From: Bacillota bacterium
Lineage (GTDB): Bacteria; Bacillota; SHA-98; UBA4971
Direction: 5' to 3'
NCBI GenBank assembly: GCA_024653485.1
Contig: JANLFY010000001.1
Span: 13,517-77,516 of the forward strand
Length of the DNA stretch: 64,000 nt
Below are positions 49,398 to 57,528 of the stretch, piece by piece. The notes below the pieces were generated by a model. It ran no database searches, was not told the origin of the DNA, and saw nothing but the letters and a program-made list of their open reading frames with translations. The position numbers were made by a program, and so were the translations under genes. The first letter of the stretch is position 1; each line of letters begins with the position of its first letter.

Positions 49398-49406
49398 TGC
49401 TATAAT
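49398..49406 (+). promoter_or_regulatory. Extended -10 element TGCTATAAT upstream of the 889-aa gene
   Basis: Exact TGnTATAAT lies 65 nt upstream of the ATG at 49471. The -35 is weak. Confidence 0.45.
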
Positions 49407-49470
49407 CGGGTGAGGCCGGCGCGGCCTAACGGCGCGGCTGAACGTTGGAGGCGAACGTGGGAGGCGGCCC

Positions 49471-52140
49471 ATGCTTGCTATGGTAAGGGAGGGCTTTGGG
49501 AGGGACATCCTCGTCGCCCTCATCGCTACGGTTGTTTTGGGCGCTGCCGTGTCCGGCGGCGTCGCGGGATTGGTCGATACATACCTCGGCAGACAGGTCA
49601 CGGGCGTTTTGGGAGACCTGGGCGAATACGACCTCATCTTGCACGTGAGGCAGGACTCTCACGACGCCGCGCGCTCGGAGATCTCCAAGGTGCTTTCATC
49701 ATCGTACGCGGGCGCGCGCATCAAAGAAGGCCCCACGGTGATCGGGCGGGCCAACTTCTTCATCTCCCTTCCTGACGAGCTGAGAAATCGAGCTGGGATA
49801 GAGGGTCTCGCCCGCGCGCTGGGAGATGTACCGGGCGCGAGCGGCGTGACGTTCATAATCGAGCCCTGTCTCAGCATTTCCGGGATCGAGCCAGGGGCGT
49901 TCTACTTCCTGATGAGTCAGGTGGAGAGACTCCCAGGGGTGAGGTTCTGCTTCAGGGACGGCAGCAGCATAGCCGTGGTGCTTGAATCCACCTCCGACAT
50001 CAGACGAACATCGGAAGCCCTGGAGACTCTGCTCAATCGCTACCGTGTGGTGGAAGTCAGGTTCCCCATAGGGCAAGAGCTCGAGGACTCCGTGGCTGCA
50101 GGGCAGGCTTTCGCCGAGGACCTTTCGTCCTCAACCGGCGCGAGCGCGAGTCGAAGCGTGACTCCGGGAGCGAGTTCGAGGGCGAGGACCGACGCGGCGT
50201 TTGCCCGGGACATCACGCGACACGGGGCGAGCTCGGATCTAGCCGATCTCACAGCGACTCTCAACGAGATGAAGCGTTTCCTCGAGCATTATGCTGCCAA
50301 GGTCGCGATATCCCTCAGCTCGGACGCTCCGCTTCACTCAGGAGACCTTGTGTTCCTCGAGGCTCCTACGGCTTCGCCAGGGTCGCCGGGAGAAGGTGCC
50401 GCGACGCGCACCGGCGTCGTGGTTCAGGTCACGCAGATCTCCGGCGGTGAGGCGACGGGGCTGGTCATAGAGGGCGACACGGACACGCTGGGCTTCAAAC
50501 AGTCAGAGGAAACGGGGCAGCGTGCGCAAACGCGGCCCCCGACCGTTACCCTGAACGTCGACTCTTATCGCACCCCGTCAGTCGCTGCGTACCTTGCAGA
50601 CTCCGATGGGCGACCCCGGAAGCGCATCGGCACCGCCTACGTTACGAGCGAGAGCAAGAGACTGGCGCACATGGTCGACGAGAGCATCCGGCTCCTCCGG
50701 GAACTCGAAGCCTTCCGGGAGGATGCGTACCAGGCATCCATCTCGGCATTGGACATACTGGGCATGTACGACACGACCGTGGGCCGCCTGGTGAATGTCC
50801 AGAGGGCACTCGAAACGGCGTCCGATGCCCTCGGGTCGTCGCGGGACGGCATGTTGGGATGGCGAGAGGCCGCGGCTGTTGAGAAGGCCTTGAGTGATGC
50901 CATGGGAGCCGTGGCGTCCTTGAGGTCCGCTCTTGACAAGATTGGCTCCTTCGAATCCCGGGCGAAGGAGGTGCTGTCTCTGGTCTCATCCACAGCGAAC
51001 CTTCTCGGGCAAGACACGGGGACAAGCGGTGCAGGCGACGGGGACCCGCTGCCTCCTACCGTCCGGCAGAATGTGGCTGCCCTCCGAGCTGCGCTCGAGG
51101 TCGCGGGCGTGAAGGTCGTGGAGAAGGCAAGGGCAATAGACGACTTCGTGCGCCGTGCGAGCCCCGTAGCGCAGGATCTCGCGGACTGGGAGGAGAGACT
51201 CTCGGCCGTCGCCGAGCAAGTCTCGGGCGTGAGGGCCCTCCTCGCGAGCGGTCGCGCCGGGTTGGTGGTGATGGACATGCTCAACGCCACGAACACCGTT
51301 CTTTCGCAGCTTCAAGAGATGGATGCGGGGCTCATGGAGGCCCAGGTTCGCGAGGTTTCCGAGGATCTGAGCTCCATCCGGTCGGTGGACACGAGTTCCA
51401 TAATACGGGAACTCGAATACGTCAAGGCATCGCTGCCAAATCTAAAGGACGACGAGGTCGGGCGGTCGATCCGCCTCATCGACAGGTACATCGGCGGCGA
51501 AGTCATACCGGGCGATAGCCTCCAAGTCCTGGTTGACAGGAGCATCGACGCTTCCACTGCTCGGAAGGCAGCATATCAGCGGTTCGGCTCTGACGTGCGT
51601 GTGTACGTGAGCCCGGCGGGAATCGTCGAGCCTGGCGTGAGGAGCGAAGTGTACAGGATTCTGCGAGAGGCCAGATCCACCGTGGCGGCCCTCGTGTCCT
51701 TCGTGTTCACCCTCCTCGTGCTCGTGCTGGACCACGCGGCCATTGTGAGCGCCATCAGGGAGCTCAGGCGCGAGAGGGCCGCCAACGGAACGGGCGGAGC
51801 GCTCGCCCGCCGCGTGTTCGCCCGTCTTTACGATGCGGGTTCCGTCTATGCGGCGGCGATGGGCGTCTTCATCCTGGTTCCGGTGTTCGCGGCCTCAGGG
51901 GCTCAGGTGCCGGGCATGGGGCTCATCCACGTGGCGGCGGTAGGGGCGGTCATGGGATACCTCGTATCGCTCGAGAGCGAGAAGATAAGCCCCGCTTCCA
52001 GCGACGAGATCACCGCGGGCCTCGTCATGGGCCTGACGCACACGCGTGTGATGCGTGAGATAGTCGTGCCGGCATCGAGACCGGGCATAGTCGCTCTCTT
52101 GAATCGCAGGAGAGTCATGCTGAGGGGGATGAAGGGATGA
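49471..52140 (+). CDS. 889-aa membrane protein with FtsX/MacB-like topology and a very large extracytoplasmic helical domain
   Basis: GGGAGG RBS 7 nt upstream. TM1 is 'ILVALIATVVLGAAVSGGVAGLV'. About 690 aa lie outside the membrane: an alpha/beta module, an S/A-rich stretch, a beta-rich module, and about 300 aa of heptad-like helices. Three C-terminal TMs follow, with 'IRELRRERAANGTGGALARRVF' after TM2. The family call is tentative. Confidence 0.4.
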   Translation: MLAMVREGFGRDILVALIATVVLGAAVSGGVAGLVDTYLGRQVTGVLGDLGEYDLILHVRQDSHDAARSEISKVLSSSYAGARIKEGPTVIGRANFFISLPDELRNRAGIEGLARALGDVPGASGVTFIIEPCLSISGIEPGAFYFLMSQVERLPGVRFCFRDGSSIAVVLESTSDIRRTSEALETLLNRYRVVEVRFPIGQELEDSVAAGQAFAEDLSSSTGASASRSVTPGASSRARTDAAFARDITRHGASSDLADLTATLNEMKRFLEHYAAKVAISLSSDAPLHSGDLVFLEAPTASPGSPGEGAATRTGVVVQVTQISGGEATGLVIEGDTDTLGFKQSEETGQRAQTRPPTVTLNVDSYRTPSVAAYLADSDGRPRKRIGTAYVTSESKRLAHMVDESIRLLRELEAFREDAYQASISALDILGMYDTTVGRLVNVQRALETASDALGSSRDGMLGWREAAAVEKALSDAMGAVASLRSALDKIGSFESRAKEVLSLVSSTANLLGQDTGTSGAGDGDPLPPTVRQNVAALRAALEVAGVKVVEKARAIDDFVRRASPVAQDLADWEERLSAVAEQVSGVRALLASGRAGLVVMDMLNATNTVLSQLQEMDAGLMEAQVREVSEDLSSIRSVDTSSIIRELEYVKASLPNLKDDEVGRSIRLIDRYIGGEVIPGDSLQVLVDRSIDASTARKAAYQRFGSDVRVYVSPAGIVEPGVRSEVYRILREARSTVAALVSFVFTLLVLVLDHAAIVSAIRELRRERAANGTGGALARRVFARLYDAGSVYAAAMGVFILVPVFAASGAQVPGMGLIHVAAVGAVMGYLVSLESEKISPASSDEITAGLVMGLTHTRVMREIVVPASRPGIVALLNRRRVMLRGMKG

Positions 52141-53024
52141 TGGCTCGAGCGAGCGCCAACCGTGCCTCGAGGGGAACGGCTGCGACGACCGGGAGGCCAT
52201 CTCCTGACTGCCCTCCAAGGAGAGCGCCGAGGGGAGCGTTCGTGAGCGACGCCGTGCCCGGTGCCGTGCCAAGCACAGTGGGCTGCGAGCCCATTCTCAT
52301 CGTGGACGGCCTCGTCAAGCACTACGGGAAGACTCGCGCCCTGGCTGGCGTGGACCTTAGCGTCTCGAGAGGTGAGACGGTGGTCGTGACCGGCTCGAGC
52401 GGGTGCGGCAAAACCACCCTTCTCCGATGCATCGTGAGGCTGGTCGAGCCCGACGCAGGGCGCGTCACGTTCGAGTCGCGCGAGATCATGAGCCTCCCGT
52501 ACCCCGAAATCCTCGGGGTGCGCAGGAGGATCGGCTTCGTCTTCCAGCGCTTCAACCTGATCGCCCGGCTTTCCGCTCTCGACAACGTGGCCCTCCCGCT
52601 GGTTGGGGCGGGCGCTTCGCCGGACGAGGCTCGAGAGCGAGCGAGGAGGGCGCTGGAACGAGTGGGACTCTCGGGGTCGGCTGCCCGCCGAAGGCCGGCG
52701 GAGCTTTCAGGGGGTGAGGCCCAGCGTGTGGGCATCGCCAGGGCGCTCGTCACCGATCCGGTCTTGATGCTGTGGGACGAACCTACCGCGTCCCTCGATC
52801 CGATCCTGGTCGGTGAGGTCCTGGACGTCATGGAGGATCTGGCGAGGGTCAGGGACACCGCGATGATCGTCGTCACCCACGAGATGAGGTTCGCGCTTCG
52901 CGCTGCGGACCGTCTGGTTCTGCTCGAGCGGGGAGCCGTCGCCGAGGAGGGCCCGCCCGGAGAGGTCTTTGCGAACCCGCGGTCGGAGACGGGCCGCAAG
53001 TACCGGAGGCTGCTCCAGCTCTAG
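52137..53024 (+). CDS. ABC transporter ATP-binding protein (FtsE / polar-amino-acid-ATPase-like), translationally coupled to the 889-aa gene
   Basis: ATGA start/stop overlap at 52137-52140. Walker A 'GSSGCGKTT', 'FVFQRFNLIARLSALDNVALPLVGAGAS', signature 'LSGGEAQRVGIARAL', Walker B 'LMLWDEPTASLDP', H-loop 'VVTHEMRFA'. An alternative GTG start is at 52242. Confidence 0.85.
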   Translation: MMARASANRASRGTAATTGRPSPDCPPRRAPRGAFVSDAVPGAVPSTVGCEPILIVDGLVKHYGKTRALAGVDLSVSRGETVVVTGSSGCGKTTLLRCIVRLVEPDAGRVTFESREIMSLPYPEILGVRRRIGFVFQRFNLIARLSALDNVALPLVGAGASPDEARERARRALERVGLSGSAARRRPAELSGGEAQRVGIARALVTDPVLMLWDEPTASLDPILVGEVLDVMEDLARVRDTAMIVVTHEMRFALRAADRLVLLERGAVAEEGPPGEVFANPRSETGRKYRRLLQL

Positions 53025-53059
53025 TCTTGGCTGCGCGAGGGTTCCGGCTCCAGGAAGAA

Positions 53060-53101
53060 GGCTCCGCCGGCTTTGGCGAGGGCTCCGCCGGCTTCGGCGA
53101 G
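53060..53101 (+). repeat. 21-bp tandem duplication (one mismatch) in the ATPase-lpxC spacer
   Basis: ggctccgccggctttggcgag (53060-53080) and ggctccgccggcttcggcgag (53081-53101). Confidence 0.9.
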
Positions 53102-53222
53102 CTGGAGGCGACGCGGCGCTGCGGGCTCCCATCCCTCTCGGGGGGAGGGCCAGGCAGGGAATCCTTCGCCGGTGTAGAACTATCGAGTAAACTCGTCGGG
53201 TGTCGACAAGGAGTGGCGGGCT

Positions 53223-54116
53223 TTGGATGCGCGGTGCCTCGAGCGGGGGACGCGCCAGACCACGGTGTCGAGGCAGGTTTCGTACCGCGGACGGGGCCTT
53301 CACACGGGCAGCCCTTCCCGGGTCACGATCCGCCCGGCGCCGTGTGGCACGGGCATAGTGTTCGTCCGTTGCGACCTTCCGGGACGTCCCACGATCCCGG
53401 CGAGCGTGGAGTTCGTCGGGGTTTCGTTGCGAGCGACCGCGCTTGTGCGAAACGGCGTACGAATTCTAACTGTGGAACACCTTCTCGCCGCCGTTGTTTG
53501 GGGAGGAATCGACAACGCCCTCATAGAAGTGGATGGGGAGGAGATCCCTCTCGGAGACGGAAGCTCGCGCGTCTTTTCGGATCTGATTGACGAGGCCGGG
53601 ATCGTCGAACTCGAGGGCGAGCGCAGGGATGTGAGGGTGCGGACACCAGCGTGGGTGGTTCGCGACGGGGCGTGCGCCATAGCTCTTCCCACAGAAGGGG
53701 AATCGCCCCAGGTGAGCTTCACGTTTGTAGCCCCTAGGCCCGGAATGGCATCGGAGCACGCGGACTTCAAGGTCACCCCCGAGGTGTTCGAAAGGGAGAT
53801 CGCTCCCGCCCGTACCGTCGGATTCGAGTGGGAGCTTGCCACGCTGCACGAGAGGGGCCTCGCCCTTGGCGCGACGGTGAACGATGCTGTCATTGTGGGC
53901 GAGAACGGCTACGTCGGCTCCGCCAGGTTCGCCAACGAGGCCGCACGGCACAAGGCCCTCGACCTGTTGGGGGACATGGCGCTTCTCGGCAGGGTGTCGG
54001 GGCATTTCATAGGCATAGGCTCGGGGCACGCCATGCACCATGAGCTTGCCAAGGCCGTCGCCCGTGACGCCTGGCGCGGGACGGATGGGATAGGAGGGGC
54101 GCCAAGCCAGTCATGA
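53223..54116 (+). CDS. lpxC: UDP-3-O-acyl-N-acetylglucosamine deacetylase
   Basis: '[29 protein letters not shown]', 'TVEHLLAAV', '[14 protein letters not shown]' and '[10 protein letters not shown]'. Confidence 0.9.
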   Translation: MDARCLERGTRQTTVSRQVSYRGRGLHTGSPSRVTIRPAPCGTGIVFVRCDLPGRPTIPASVEFVGVSLRATALVRNGVRILTVEHLLAAVVWGGIDNALIEVDGEEIPLGDGSSRVFSDLIDEAGIVELEGERRDVRVRTPAWVVRDGACAIALPTEGESPQVSFTFVAPRPGMASEHADFKVTPEVFEREIAPARTVGFEWELATLHERGLALGATVNDAVIVGENGYVGSARFANEAARHKALDLLGDMALLGRVSGHFIGIGSGHAMHHELAKAVARDAWRGTDGIGGAPSQS

Positions 54117-54688
54117 TCGATTTGAGGGGAATTCAGGAGGTCTTACCGCACAGGTACCCGTTCTTGCTGGTCGACCGCATAGTCGGGCTCGAGCGCGGCA
54201 AGCGCGCTGTGGGCATAAAGAACGTCACCGCCAACGAGCCGTTCTTTCAAGGCCATTTTCCAGGCAATCCGGTGATGCCCGGGGTGCTCATATTGGAGGC
54301 CATGGCGCAGGTCGTGGCGTTCGCTGCGCTGGGCACGGGGAGCGCGCCGGGGAAGGTTCCCTACCTGGTGGGCGTGGACAGGGCGCGGTTCCGGAGGCCC
54401 GTCGTGCCCGGGGACCAGGTGCGCCTCGAGGCGGAGCTCGTGAGAGTGAGGGACGATTTCGGCAGGGCCGCCTGCTCCGCTTTCGTCGATGACAAGCTGG
54501 TAGCAGACGCGGAGATGACTTTCGCGCTGGTGGGGATCATCCAGGATGGCGCCGGCGAGGGCTCCGGATCACCGGCAGGCTTGACTCCCGGGGCATGCGC
54601 CGGAACGACCGCGGGAGCGGACGGCGGGACGGCATGCGAGGGACGGAGCGAGGCCGAGGCTACGAATTCGAAGGGGGCGTCCTCATGA
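54113..54688 (+). CDS. fabZ: 3-hydroxyacyl-ACP dehydratase FabZ with a G/A/T-rich C-terminal extension
   Basis: '[13 protein letters not shown]' and '[23 protein letters not shown]'. ATGA overlap with lpxC. Confidence 0.9.
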   Translation: MIDLRGIQEVLPHRYPFLLVDRIVGLERGKRAVGIKNVTANEPFFQGHFPGNPVMPGVLILEAMAQVVAFAALGTGSAPGKVPYLVGVDRARFRRPVVPGDQVRLEAELVRVRDDFGRAACSAFVDDKLVADAEMTFALVGIIQDGAGEGSGSPAGLTPGACAGTTAGADGGTACEGRSEAEATNSKGASS

Positions 54689-55524
54689 AAACCGCCCAGA
54701 CCCCGAGTTTCCGGATCAGGAAGATCCATGAGACCGCCATAATCCATCCGACGGCGAGGATAGGGCAGGACGTGATCATCGGACCGTACTGCGTGATAGG
54801 CGAGGATGTGACCATAGGCGACGGGTGCAAGCTTGCGAGCCACGTCGTCATGGAAGGGCCGACCACGATCGGCAGGAACTGTGCCTTCTCGTCGGGGGCG
54901 AGGATCGGCGTGGAGCCTCAGGACTTCAAGCACAACGGCGAGAAGACCGCGCTGGTGATCGGCGACAACAACGTCTTCCGCGAGTTCGTCACGGTGAGCC
55001 GGGGCACTGTCTCAGGCCACGGGGAGACGCGGATCGGCGACAACAACATGGTGATGTCGTACGGCCACATCGCCCACGATTGCCGTGTGGGCAGTCACAC
55101 GATCATCACCTCCGGAGCCGCGCTGGCAGGCCACTGCACTCTCGAGGATTATGCGATCGTGGGAGGCATGGCCGGCGTGCATCAATTCGTGAAGATAGGC
55201 AGGATGGCCATGATCGGCGGCATGGCCAAGGTGACAAAGGACGTGCCCCCTTACATGTTGGTTGACGGAAACCCTGCGCGAGTGATCGGCGTGAACGTCG
55301 TGGGCATGAGGAGGAACGGCACACCTCCCGAAGTGCGCGAGGCGGTGCGGCGCGCGTACAAGATCCTGTACGAATCGGGGCTCAACCTGTCCCAAGCCAT
55401 CGGAAGGATCGAACAGGAGCTTCGAGGGAGTGATGAGATCGACCATCTCGTGCAGTTCCTAAAGACTTCCACCAGGGGCATCATCGCGGGTCATCCTCGC
55501 GAACCCCGCGCCCTGCAGGACTGA
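54685..55524 (+). CDS. lpxA: Acyl-ACP--UDP-N-acetylglucosamine O-acyltransferase
   Basis: '[26 protein letters not shown]' hexapeptides and '[13 protein letters not shown]'. ATGA overlap with fabZ. Confidence 0.9.
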   Translation: MKTAQTPSFRIRKIHETAIIHPTARIGQDVIIGPYCVIGEDVTIGDGCKLASHVVMEGPTTIGRNCAFSSGARIGVEPQDFKHNGEKTALVIGDNNVFREFVTVSRGTVSGHGETRIGDNNMVMSYGHIAHDCRVGSHTIITSGAALAGHCTLEDYAIVGGMAGVHQFVKIGRMAMIGGMAKVTKDVPPYMLVDGNPARVIGVNVVGMRRNGTPPEVREAVRRAYKILYESGLNLSQAIGRIEQELRGSDEIDHLVQFLKTSTRGIIAGHPREPRALQD

Positions 55525-55540
55525 GAGGCTGGCGGGGCTG

Positions 55541-56377
55541 ATGGCCGCGGCAGCGTCGTCCAAGCTCGGGCTCATAGCGGGCGAGGGGGAGCTAGCATCC
55601 TTCGTCGCAAAGAAAGCATCCTCTCTCGGGACGGAAGTGATCGCGATATCCCTCACCGGGAGGCTCGATCCGGCGGTGCAGTCGGCTGCCGCCAAGGTGT
55701 ACAGGGTCGATCTCGCGGATGCGCTCTCAATAGTGTCAATTCTCAAGGCAGAGTGTGTGACCGAAGCCGTAATGATAGGCAAGGTCTGGCGGGCCGAGGG
55801 ATTTCGGCACCGAGGGCCGGCGGCCGCGGTCGAAACGGTCGCGCGCGGGAAGCCCCACCGCACTGATGTCGAGATCCTCCTGGGTTTTGCAGAGAAACTG
55901 GAGGAGGCGGGCATCGTCCTCGTGAGCCAGCTGCGTTATCTGGACGACGCACTGCCGCAGGAGGGTGTCCTCGGGTGCCGCGCCCCTTCCCCGTCTGAAT
56001 GGCAAGACGTCGAGTTCGGGGCGAGGATCGCCCGGCTGGTCGCTCGAGCCGGAGTCGGCCAGACGGTGGCGGTGAAAGACGGGGCGGTGGTGGCCGTGGA
56101 AGCGGCCGAAGGCACCGACGCGATGATACGACGAGCGGGCAGGATCGCGTCCGGATGCGCCGTGGTGAAGGTGTCCTGGCCCGGCCGGGACGAAAGGTTC
56201 GACATACCGACGGTGGGACCGGGTACCATCGAGGTCATGCGGAAGGCCAAGGCTACGACACTTGCATGCGAGGCCGGCAGGACGATAATCGTGAGGAAAC
56301 GCGACACGATCGCTCTGGCTGACGAGGCGGGCATCGCCTTGGTAGGAGTATCGCGGATGAGAGGCGGGAAGGCTTGA
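55541..56377 (+). CDS. lpxI: UDP-2,3-diacylglucosamine diphosphatase LpxI (DUF1009)
   Basis: 'LGLIAGEGELA', 'GVGQTVAVKDGAVVAVEAAEGTDAMIRRAG' and 'ERFDIPTVGPGTIEVM'. Confidence 0.8.
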   Translation: MAAAASSKLGLIAGEGELASFVAKKASSLGTEVIAISLTGRLDPAVQSAAAKVYRVDLADALSIVSILKAECVTEAVMIGKVWRAEGFRHRGPAAAVETVARGKPHRTDVEILLGFAEKLEEAGIVLVSQLRYLDDALPQEGVLGCRAPSPSEWQDVEFGARIARLVARAGVGQTVAVKDGAVVAVEAAEGTDAMIRRAGRIASGCAVVKVSWPGRDERFDIPTVGPGTIEVMRKAKATTLACEAGRTIIVRKRDTIALADEAGIALVGVSRMRGGKA

Positions 56378-57528
56378 GGGTCATGATCGTGACCGGGGAG
56401 GCGTCCGGCGACATGTACGGAGGCCGCCTGGCAGAGAAGCTCAAGGTCTTGCGCCCAGGCATCGATCTCTTCGGGCTGGGCGGGAAGTTGATGCAGGCCG
56501 CCGGTGTGCGCCTGCTTTTCGACCCTACCGGCCTTTCCGCTGTGGGCTTCGCCGAGGCACTGCGCAGTGCGGTTGCGCTGCGCGAAGTTCTCGTCGAGGC
56601 CAGACGAGCCTTGAGTTCGGAACGGCCCTCGTGTCTCGTTCTAATCGATTTTCCGGAGTTCAACACGAGACTTGCCGGGGAGGCTGCCAGACGGGGCGTG
56701 AGATCGGTGTACCTCTTCCCTCCGACGGCATGGGCGTGGCGTCGAGGCCGCGCCAGGCGAATTGCGCGAACGGTCACGAAGGTCGCTTCGGTGTTTCCAC
56801 TCGAGGCCGAGGTGTACCGCGAAGCAGGCGCGAGTGTGGAGTTCGTGGGCCATCCTCTTCTGGACCTGGTGAGCCCGGCCGGGCTTGCCGACAGACAGGC
56901 CGCCAGGGAGGAGTTAGGATTGGGAGCAGGCTCGAAAGTGGATACCAACGCACCGATCGTGGGTCTTCTGCCGGGAAGCCGCGCCCAAGAGATGAGGCTG
57001 CTCCTCGCGCCGATGCTGGAGGGCGCGGTGAGGATCGCTAGAGCGAGGCCGGGGGCTCGGTTCGTGCTACCTCTCGCTGAGACAGTGCCTGACGAGGCGG
57101 TCCGAAAGGCCGTCGCGGCTGTTGGCCTTCCGATCCGGTTGGTCCGGCGTCAGGCGCACGAGTGCATGGCCGCGGCCGACGCGCTGGTGGTCGCGTCGGG
57201 CACGGCCACGCTCGAGGCGACCATCGTGGGGACACCGATGGTTGTGGTGTACAGAGTGTCTCGGTCCACGGCAGCGCTGGCGAGGCTTCTCCTGAAGATA
57301 CCCTACATCTCGTGGCCCAACATCCTTGCGCGACAGCGCATCGTTCCAGAGCTGCTCCAAGGCGAGGCCACCGGGGAGCGCATCGCACGCGAAACGTTGA
57401 GGCTCCTGGACGACCCGGCGTCTGCCGACGAGATGATCGAGGGCCTGGCGAAGGCCCGCACCGCCCTTGGCTCTCCCGGCGCGCTGGAGCGGGTCGCCAG
57501 ACTTGTTATCGAGGTGGCGCGGGCATGA
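56374..57528 (+). CDS. lpxB: Lipid-A-disaccharide synthase
   Basis: 'IVTGEASGDMYGGRLAEKLK', 'VYLFPPTAWAWR', 'SGTATLEATIVGTPMVVVYR' and 'PNILARQRIVPELLQ'. Start is TTG 56374 (overlaps the lpxI stop) or ATG 56383. Confidence 0.9.
   Translation: MRVMIVTGEASGDMYGGRLAEKLKVLRPGIDLFGLGGKLMQAAGVRLLFDPTGLSAVGFAEALRSAVALREVLVEARRALSSERPSCLVLIDFPEFNTRLAGEAARRGVRSVYLFPPTAWAWRRGRARRIARTVTKVASVFPLEAEVYREAGASVEFVGHPLLDLVSPAGLADRQAAREELGLGAGSKVDTNAPIVGLLPGSRAQEMRLLLAPMLEGAVRIARARPGARFVLPLAETVPDEAVRKAVAAVGLPIRLVRRQAHECMAAADALVVASGTATLEATIVGTPMVVVYRVSRSTAALARLLLKIPYISWPNILARQRIVPELLQGEATGERIARETLRLLDDPASADEMIEGLAKARTALGSPGALERVARLVIEVARA

Noticed and set aside
52137-53024. Calling this ATPase lptB because it follows lptC-lptA
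   Set aside because: Its Walker A is GSSGCGKTT, its Q-loop region is 'FVFQRFNLIARLS', its H-loop is 'THEMRFA' and it has a 'FANPRSETGRKY' tail. These fit FtsE or polar-amino-acid ATPases rather than the LptB pattern I recall (GPNGAGKTT, YLPQE, DHNVRETL). It is also translationally coupled to a non-LptF/G membrane protein.
57162-57524. 5' extension of the ORF-track entry 57162..59015 (617 aa)
   Set aside because: This part overlaps the 3' third of lpxB in another frame and translates to R/G/H-rich sequence. The ATG at 57525 forms an ATGA overlap with the lpxB stop and precedes the first conserved motif.
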